Positions 57,774 through 64,000 of a stretch of DNA of 64,000 nucleotides are shown here, one piece after another. The DNA is from Marivivens sp. (lineage in GTDB: Bacteria > Pseudomonadota > Alphaproteobacteria > Rhodobacterales > Rhodobacteraceae), in the NCBI GenBank assembly GCA_038133925.1, contig JAYPUF010000001.1, positions 16,201 to 80,200 on the forward strand, written 5' to 3'. The stretch's first letter is position 1; the number at the start of each line of letters is the position of its first letter. Position numbers and translations under genes: made by a program. The notes beneath the pieces are model-generated. The model saw only the letters and a list, made by a program, of their open reading frames with translations, was not told the DNA's origin and did not search any database.

Positions 57774-58586
57774 TTATTTCACCGAGCCCAGCATGCCTTG
57801 GACAAAGAGACGCTGGAGTAGGAAGAAGATGATGAGTGTGGGCAGAGTTGTCAGAATGGTGGCGACCATTACAACTCCGAAATCGGGTGTGTAGGCGGAG
57901 GCGAGCGACGAGATGGTGAGAACCATGGTCTTCATCTCGTTCGTTTGGAGCACGATAAGCGGCCAGAGATAGTTATTCCAATTGAGCATAAAGACGATGA
58001 TCGTCGCTGCTGCATAGGTGGAACGCATCACGGGAAAGTAAACCCGCGCAAAGATCTGCCATTCTTTGAGACCGTCAATCTTGGCCGCGTCGCGCAGCTC
58101 GTGCGGGAAGGCCTTGGTTGCTTGACGGAAATAGAAGATCACAAAGATATTCGCCACCGAAGGCGCGATGATCGCGGAATAGGTGTTAATCAGCCCCGCA
58201 TTGGCGAACATGATGAACAGCGGTACCATCAGGGCGGCAAATGGGATCGAGAGCATAAGAAGCAGGCCGCCAAAGAGCCTCTCGCGCGCTTTGGAGCGAA
58301 AAATCTCAAAGCCATAGCCCGCAGCTGACGCAACGACCAGTGTGAGCACGGTGCCAATAATCGCGATGTAGAACGAATTGAACAGAACGCGGGAAAGGTC
58401 CACCTGAGCGTTCAGATTGACCATATTGGTCCAAAGGTTTGTCCCAAAGGTGGCCTTGCCCTTGATGATGTCGGCACTGGTATTTGTGGCGCCAACGACC
58501 ATCCAGAAGAACGGAAAGACCGACAGGAAAGCTGCAATGGACAACACGCCATATTGCAGTGTCGCCATGAGGGTGCGGTTGCTCAT
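57774..58586 (-). CDS. Carbohydrate ABC permease (LacG-like)
   Basis: EAA loop ELRDAAKIDG and WNNYLWP. Confidence 0.92.
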   Translation of the reverse strand: MSNRTLMATLQYGVLSIAAFLSVFPFFWMVVGATNTSADIIKGKATFGTNLWTNMVNLNAQVDLSRVLFNSFYIAIIGTVLTLVVASAAGYGFEIFRSKARERLFGGLLLMLSIPFAALMVPLFIMFANAGLINTYSAIIAPSVANIFVIFYFRQATKAFPHELRDAAKIDGLKEWQIFARVYFPVMRSTYAAATIIVFMLNWNNYLWPLIVLQTNEMKTMVLTISSLASAYTPDFGVVMVATILTTLPTLIIFFLLQRLFVQGMLGSVK

Positions 58587-59464
58587 TTGCGGTCCCTCGC
58601 GATGTAGAATTGAACAAAAGACAGGATCGCTACGATCACTACGATCACGTAGGACACCGTTGCCGCATAGCCAAAGGAGGGCATAAAGCGGAACGTCAGG
58701 TTGTAGATATACTGCGAGAGCGTCAGCGTTGCATTTGCCGGACCGCCAAGGGTGATATTCTGAACTTCGTCAAAGAGTTGGAGCGTACCGATGGTGGACA
58801 TGATCGTGGTAAAGAGGATCACGGGCTTGAGCATCGGAATGGTGATCTTGAAGAATTGCGCATGGGCAGGGATGCCGTCGATGCGGGCCGCTTCATAGAT
58901 CGATTTGTCGATATTCTGGAGCGCGGCGAGGTAGAAAATCATATTGTAGCCGGTCCAGCGCCAAGTGATGGCAGTGATGATGACGATCTTGGCGTAAAAC
59001 GGGTCGCCCATCCACGCAATCCCCCGCTCGGACAAGCCAAGTGCAATGAGCGTCGCGTTTACAAATCCGTCCGTGGAAAAGAGGGACTTGAATAGGATCG
59101 AATAGGCAACGAGCGAAGTCACAGCAGGCAGAAAGATCGCTGTGCGGAAAAGTCCTCGAAACCGAAGGTGCGGTGAATTCAACATGACCGCAAAAATCAG
59201 TGCCAGCATGATCATGATCGGCACTTGGATCGCAAGAAAGGTAAGTGTATTGCCGAGCGCTTTGAGGAAGATCGGGTCTTCGGTCAGGCGGATGATGTTA
59301 CTTAGACCGCCAAAGGACATGTTCATCCCGCGACCTGTTTGGAATGACATCCAAAGCGACCACAAGATCGGCCAGATCATGAATATTCCAAGCAATACCA
59401 TGGCAGGCGCAATAAAGGCCCAGCCGCTAATATTCTCGTTCCGCCCCAAGCGAGTTTGCGCCAC
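58583..59464 (-). CDS. Carbohydrate ABC permease (LacF-like)
   Basis: WRWTGYNM and IYEAARIDG motifs. Confidence 0.92.
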   Translation of the reverse strand: MAQTRLGRNENISGWAFIAPAMVLLGIFMIWPILWSLWMSFQTGRGMNMSFGGLSNIIRLTEDPIFLKALGNTLTFLAIQVPIMIMLALIFAVMLNSPHLRFRGLFRTAIFLPAVTSLVAYSILFKSLFSTDGFVNATLIALGLSERGIAWMGDPFYAKIVIITAITWRWTGYNMIFYLAALQNIDKSIYEAARIDGIPAHAQFFKITIPMLKPVILFTTIMSTIGTLQLFDEVQNITLGGPANATLTLSQYIYNLTFRFMPSFGYAATVSYVIVVIVAILSFVQFYIARDRK

Positions 59465-59488
59465 GAGCTATCCTCCCCCTCATGAGAA

Positions 59489-59516
59489 CGGCCCCTAGGG
59501 AAATCCCCAAGGGCCG
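59489..59516 (-). other. Intercistronic stem-loop after the solute-binding protein gene
   Basis: CGGCCC...GGG-aaat-CCC...GGGCCG; typical position for an mRNA-stabilising element. Confidence 0.55.
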
Positions 59517-59524
59517 CACTGGTC

Positions 59525-60793
59525 TTATTGCGTCAGAACGCGAGCTTCGGCTTCGATCTTTGCGATCGCTTCATCAAGATCAGCACCGTCTGCGAGAGCG
59601 GGAAGCTGGGTTGCGATGGCAGAGCGGACTTCATAGGTGAAGATGCCGTAATCGACGCCAGGGATTTCACCAAGCCATGTCGAGAAATCCTGCCAGACGG
59701 CCTGGCCGCCAAAATAATCATCGCTCGACTGGTAAGCTGCACCTTCGCGCGACGCGAGGAGCGAGCCAACGGCGCCTTGGCCCACAAGGATGTCCTGATA
59801 GAAGTCGATGTTCGACGCCCAGACATCATTGAAGAAGGCTTTGGCTTCGTCTTTATTCTGCGACGACGAGAGCAGATACCAGCTCGATCCGCCAAGGTTC
59901 GATGCATTGGTTGCGCCCTCAACACCGTCAACGCGTGGGATCGGGGCGACAGCCCACTGACCCGGCATGTCTGCAGCCTTGATGGTGCCCGTGATCCAAA
60001 CGCCTGTAAGCGCGGCCGCAACATCACCGCCAGTGAATGCGCCGGTGTATTCGGCCCAGCCCGATACAGGTTTGTAGATGTCCTTGGCCTGAAGGATTTC
60101 GGTGTAATCGGCCAAAGCGGCTTTGAAGGCCTCGTTGCCAACGATATCCAGATCGCCATTCTCGTCAAAGAACCAATGACCCGTCGACTGAAGCAGGATT
60201 ACGAACATACCCGGATCGTTGATGTCGAGCGAGAGCATCGGCTTGCCTGTCTTGGCAGCCACATCTTTTGCAATCTCGATGAAGCGGTCCCAAGTGATGT
60301 TCTCAAGATCAGCGGCAGTATAGCCCGCTTCTCCAAGAATATCAGAGCGATAGAACCAGCCCGTCACGCCCGAGTCGAAGGGAACCGAGTAGGTGTCAGA
60401 TCCGACAGTCGCGAGCGCAACTTTATAGTCGGCAAACTGTGAATAGACGAAAGCATCCGTCAGCGGCTCGAATGCGCCGGGGAAAGACAAAAGAAACTTT
60501 TGCGCGGAATAATCCTCGATCAAAACGATATCGGGAAGCCCGTCGATGGTGCCCGATGCTAGCTGTGTTTGGAGCTTTTGCTCTACTTCTTCACGCGAGA
60601 AGGCGTTGAAGGTAAGGTTGAATTCGGGGTGGTCAGCTTTGTAGATTTCCACGGCTTTATTCATCGAAGCGCCGTTAAAGTTCGGGTCCCATGCCCAAAC
60701 GTTAAGATCGCCAGCAAAGGCCGAGGTCATAGCGAGTAGACTTGCGCCGAGGCCAAGCGCCGTCGCCCGCTGCAAAACAGCAGTGTTCTTCAT
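59525..60793 (-). CDS. Sugar ABC transporter substrate-binding protein (LacE-like)
   Basis: Signal peptide; VWAWDPNFN, GLPDIVLIED, VPFDSG and SNLGGSSW motifs. Confidence 0.92.
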   Translation of the reverse strand: MKNTAVLQRATALGLGASLLAMTSAFAGDLNVWAWDPNFNGASMNKAVEIYKADHPEFNLTFNAFSREEVEQKLQTQLASGTIDGLPDIVLIEDYSAQKFLLSFPGAFEPLTDAFVYSQFADYKVALATVGSDTYSVPFDSGVTGWFYRSDILGEAGYTAADLENITWDRFIEIAKDVAAKTGKPMLSLDINDPGMFVILLQSTGHWFFDENGDLDIVGNEAFKAALADYTEILQAKDIYKPVSGWAEYTGAFTGGDVAAALTGVWITGTIKAADMPGQWAVAPIPRVDGVEGATNASNLGGSSWYLLSSSQNKDEAKAFFNDVWASNIDFYQDILVGQGAVGSLLASREGAAYQSSDDYFGGQAVWQDFSTWLGEIPGVDYGIFTYEVRSAIATQLPALADGADLDEAIAKIEAEARVLTQ

Positions 60794-60874
60794 TTAAATT
60801 TCCTCCCAAAAGGTGCGCCAGCCCAGTCTCTGGCGTGACTGTATGTAGGCAAAGATTTTCACCTATAGCAAGAA

Positions 60875-60896
60875 ATTTAGTAAAATTTTACCAAAT
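60875..60896. promoter_or_regulatory. Operator candidate upstream of the transporter operon
   Basis: ATTTAGTAAAATTTTACCAAAT, a near-palindrome. Confidence 0.75.
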
Positions 60897-60938
60897 GACG
60901 TTGGTGAAACTTTTGTGGCGAAGCTTGAGGTGGGGTGC

Positions 60939-62009
60939 TCAGACCAAAGGTTTGCGGGTGCTTTCGCGCCAGACAATCTTGCTCTCAAGACTGATTTGCT
61001 TGGCTAATTTCCGTCCTGATAAGCGCTCGACCAACAGTTCAACAGCGTTCTCACCTATGCGCTCGGCAGGGAGGCGCACGGTGGTCAAGGGTGGGTTCAA
61101 AAAACGGGCGGCCGAGATGTCATTGAAGCTGGCAATCGCGATGTCCTGAGGGATTTTGAGGCCCGATTCTAGAATCGCCCGATAAGCTCCGACGGCCATA
61201 TTGTCGTTCGCGGTTATAATGACGTCTGGCCTTGGGTTTGCGGCAATGAGACTTAGCGTGAGGTCATGGCCGCTTTGCTCTGTGTTGGTTCCAAGTTGGG
61301 TCAACGCGGGATCAAAGCGTTCGCGGCTTTCCATCCAATTCTTGTAGGCGGTGTAACGCGCCTCTGGTGTGGGGATCGAAGTCCCTCGGTGATTGTCGTG
61401 CCAGCCAATAAAGCCTATTCGTTCGTAACCAAGGCCATCTAGGGATTTCAATAGTTTATGGGTCGCTGCTTTGAGATTGCAGAGCGCTGCATCTATGTCA
61501 TCTTCAAGAGGCATATGGTCGGCGAGAACGATGTGTTTGGCTTTTTCTCGAAGCGCATCAATCTCAGCTTCTGAGTGACGGCCAATGATGATGCAGCCTC
61601 CAACGCGCTCAAGCATTTCGGGGTCAGGCATTGGCGCACCGGAGTAGATTTTGATCTGTTCCAACCCGAGTGCAGTGCATCGGCTTTCGATCCCAATCCG
61701 CATTGCGACATAATAAGGGTCGCTCAGTTCTTGTTCGGGTCTCAGGAAATGGAGGAGCGCGATTTTGCGCTGATCCGCTTCGAGCGTAAGCTTCTTGCGA
61801 CGGCGCGGTGGCTCGTAGTTAAGAGCTTCTGCGGTTTCGATAATCTTTTGGCGCGTTTCATCACCAACTGAAAGCGTGCTGTCAAAGTTCAAAACCCTAG
61901 AAACGAGCGAGACCGAAACGCCCGTTCGATTGGCGATCTGCTTGAGAGTCGCACCGGTTTTCTTAATTCTGGGTCGTTTCACTTGATCTGACATTTGATC
62001 ATTTTGCAT
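60939..62009 (-). CDS. LacI-family regulator (EbgR-like)
   Basis: HTH TLKQIA..TGVSVSLVSRVLN, ELSDPYY..MRIGIE and PPLTTV; start at 62009 or 61994. Confidence 0.9.
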   Translation of the reverse strand: MQNDQMSDQVKRPRIKKTGATLKQIANRTGVSVSLVSRVLNFDSTLSVGDETRQKIIETAEALNYEPPRRRKKLTLEADQRKIALLHFLRPEQELSDPYYVAMRIGIESRCTALGLEQIKIYSGAPMPDPEMLERVGGCIIIGRHSEAEIDALREKAKHIVLADHMPLEDDIDAALCNLKAATHKLLKSLDGLGYERIGFIGWHDNHRGTSIPTPEARYTAYKNWMESRERFDPALTQLGTNTEQSGHDLTLSLIAANPRPDVIITANDNMAVGAYRAILESGLKIPQDIAIASFNDISAARFLNPPLTTVRLPAERIGENAVELLVERLSGRKLAKQISLESKIVWRESTRKPLV

Positions 62010-62068
62010 GGACAACGCAGTTGCGCAATGCGCGGAATGTCTCGGTTTGATGGTGTTGAGTGCAGAAG

Positions 62069-62086
62069 TTAGTAAAAATTTACTAA
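62069..62086. promoter_or_regulatory. Second copy of the operator, between the regulator and the oxidoreductase
   Basis: TTAGTAAA-AA-TTTACTAA with perfect 8-bp arms. Confidence 0.75.
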
Positions 62087-62149
62087 ACCTGTTGACGCTC
62101 CTCATGCAAGTTGTAACTGTTCGGGTAAACCGCGATAGGAGGGGCGCAG

Positions 62150-64000
62150 ATGGCCACGGTTAAATGGGGAATAATTGGTCCGGGTCGGATCGCTTGGAAT
62201 TTCGCCAAAGGTCTGGAAGAGAGCGAGCACGGTGAGCTTTTTGCGCTTGCCAGTCGATCACCCGAGCGCGGTGCAGCTTTCGCGGAAGAATTCGGCGTGG
62301 CAAAGGACAAGGTCTACACCGACTACGATGCGATCTGTGCTGACCCAGAGGTGGACGCGATCCACATCGCAACACCGCATACATTTCATGCGCAACAGGC
62401 TCTCATGGCGATCCGCGCAGGCAAACATGTGTCTGTTGAGAAACCTGCGGGATTGAACGCTGCCGAGGTTGCAGCGCTCACCGAGGCGGCGGCGCAAGAG
62501 GGGGTCTTCTTCATGGAGGCCTATATGTATCTCCACCATCCGCAAATCGCGCGGGCGGTCGAGATACTCAAGAGCGGCGAGCTTGGCGCAGTGCAGCATG
62601 TGCGGGCGCTCTTTGGGTTTGCGGCAGGTTTTGATCCTGAGAGCCGTCTTTATGACGTGAACCTCGCTGGTGGCGGGATCCTTGACGTCGGTGGTTATGC
62701 TGTTTCGGCGGCGCGTCTCTTTGCGGGCATAAGCGAGGGGCGTATGGCTGACCCGATGTCGTTCAAGGGTAATGGGATCATTGGAAAGAGCGGCGTTGAC
62801 GAGGTTGCATTTGGTCTTTTGAAATTCGGGAATGGCGTAACGGCGGAGGTCGCTTCGGCTGTGGCACGAAACATGCCGCAAGTTATTGAAGTAAATTGTG
62901 AAAAGGGAACGCTAAGCCTGACGAATCCTTGGATTCCGGGACGCCAGGAAGGGCCGGCGGATACCCAGATTGTGATCACCGGAGCAGGCGCGCGTACCGA
63001 AGATGTCAAAGCTCCAAAGATGCTGTTTGCATACGAGGCCGAAGGCGCAAGCCTTGCCATTCTGAACGGACAAAAGGGCTGTTCTTATCCCGCCATGACG
63101 CCCGAAGGCTCGCTCGGAAACGCCCATGCGTTGGATACATGGCGCAGAGAGCTGGGCTATAAGGTTGTCGGCGAAACTCCTGCGACTATCCGTAGGCTCA
63201 CTGGAATTCTGCCCAAGGGGCTCTCAGCGATGAAGACCATCAAGGTTGATGGCGTAAAGAACCCAGTGTCCCAGCTTATCCTTGGCTGTGACAACCGCGA
63301 CACCGTGGCAGAAGGTGCAGTAGTATGGGACGCTTGGCTTGAAGCTGGCGGCAATACTTTTGACACGGGCTTTGTCTATGGAGGCGGCCTGCACGAAGCA
63401 GTGCTTGGGGATTGGGTAAAAGCGCGCGGCGTCGCTCACGAAATCAACGTGATCGTCAAAGGCGCTCATACGCCATATTGCGTACCAGATGCCATTTCTG
63501 CACAACTTGATATCTCGCTCGACCGTCTCCAGTCGGACCGTGCCGCAATTTACATCATGCACCGCGACAACCCCGAAGTGCCTGTCGGCGAGTTCGTTGA
63601 GGCCATCGCCCACGAGCGTGAAAAGGGACGGATCGGCATTTGGGGTGGGTCGAACTGGACGATTGAACGCTTTGACGAGGCAGTCGCTTATGCCAAAGCG
63701 ACCGGCCTTGAGCCGCCGCGCATTCTTAACAACAACCTTTCGCTCGCCGTGATGGAGAAACCCGTTTGGGCGGGATGTGTGACCTCGAACACACCAAAAA
63801 CGCTCGAATGGTTGCGCCTCACCGGAACTATGCACATGAGCTGGTCGTCACAAGCGCGGGGCTTCTTCCTTGATGCGGCGCTGCGTGGACGGTTGCCCGA
63901 GGATACCGCGCCCGACACGTGCTATGGCTCGGCTGACAATGATGAACGCCGCAAACGGGCAGGGGAGCTGGCGAAGAAATATGGCGTATCGCGTCACAAC
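62150..64000 (+). CDS. Gfo/Idh/MocA oxidoreductase fused to an aldo/keto reductase domain (runs off the window; missing from the ORF track)
   Basis: AGGAGG RBS; MATVKWGIIGPGRIA, ATPH..H, KHVSVEKP and GGGILDVG, then AKR motifs FDTGFVYG, IVKGAH, IYIMHRD and GGSNW. Confidence 0.88.
   Translation, partial: MATVKWGIIGPGRIAWNFAKGLEESEHGELFALASRSPERGAAFAEEFGVAKDKVYTDYDAICADPEVDAIHIATPHTFHAQQALMAIRAGKHVSVEKPAGLNAAEVAALTEAAAQEGVFFMEAYMYLHHPQIARAVEILKSGELGAVQHVRALFGFAAGFDPESRLYDVNLAGGGILDVGGYAVSAARLFAGISEGRMADPMSFKGNGIIGKSGVDEVAFGLLKFGNGVTAEVASAVARNMPQVIEVNCEKGTLSLTNPWIPGRQEGPADTQIVITGAGARTEDVKAPKMLFAYEAEGASLAILNGQKGCSYPAMTPEGSLGNAHALDTWRRELGYKVVGETPATIRRLTGILPKGLSAMKTIKVDGVKNPVSQLILGCDNRDTVAEGAVVWDAWLEAGGNTFDTGFVYGGGLHEAVLGDWVKARGVAHEINVIVKGAHTPYCVPDAISAQLDISLDRLQSDRAAIYIMHRDNPEVPVGEFVEAIAHEREKGRIGIWGGSNWTIERFDEAVAYAKATGLEPPRILNNNLSLAVMEKPVWAGCVTSNTPKTLEWLRLTGTMHMSWSSQARGFFLDAALRGRLPEDTAPDTCYGSADNDERRKRAGELAKKYGVSRHN

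Overview
A core-chromosome segment from a Rhodobacterales alphaproteobacterium (roseobacter-like by gene content; the species cannot be determined from sequence). From left to right: the secD C-terminus, secF and a Mth938-like gene; ccmABCDG; a gap holding a DnaA-box/GANTC cluster; DUF1223, a lipid A acyltransferase and an orphan fliG; a divergent pair of an autoinducer-binding-domain-only gene and a LuxR solo; purB; glnB-glnA; nnr; a degenerate Hint-domain gene; tRNA-Leu(TAG); tig; rpsF-rpsR-rplI; fabD-fabG-(TetR)-acpP-fabF-mltG; a complete, apparently intact RcGTA-type gene transfer agent head-tail cluster (g1-g15, about 28.2-41.9 kb); cysE; pdhA-pdhB-pdhC; ftsB; fbaB; pgk; two cyclophilins; selO; a lacEFGZK-like beta-galactoside cluster with a LacI regulator; and a Gfo/Idh/MocA plus aldo-keto reductase fusion that runs off the right edge. 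I saw no CRISPR array, rRNA, integrase or transposase. The protein-coding content is mostly known families, and I cannot claim a new system from it. The most interesting signals are non-coding: terminator-like RNA structures in the GTA leader and inside the operon, the DnaA-box/GANTC cluster, a 22-bp hairpin abutting a small orphan ORF, and several clear operator palindromes. All structures were paired by eye and need computational confirmation.
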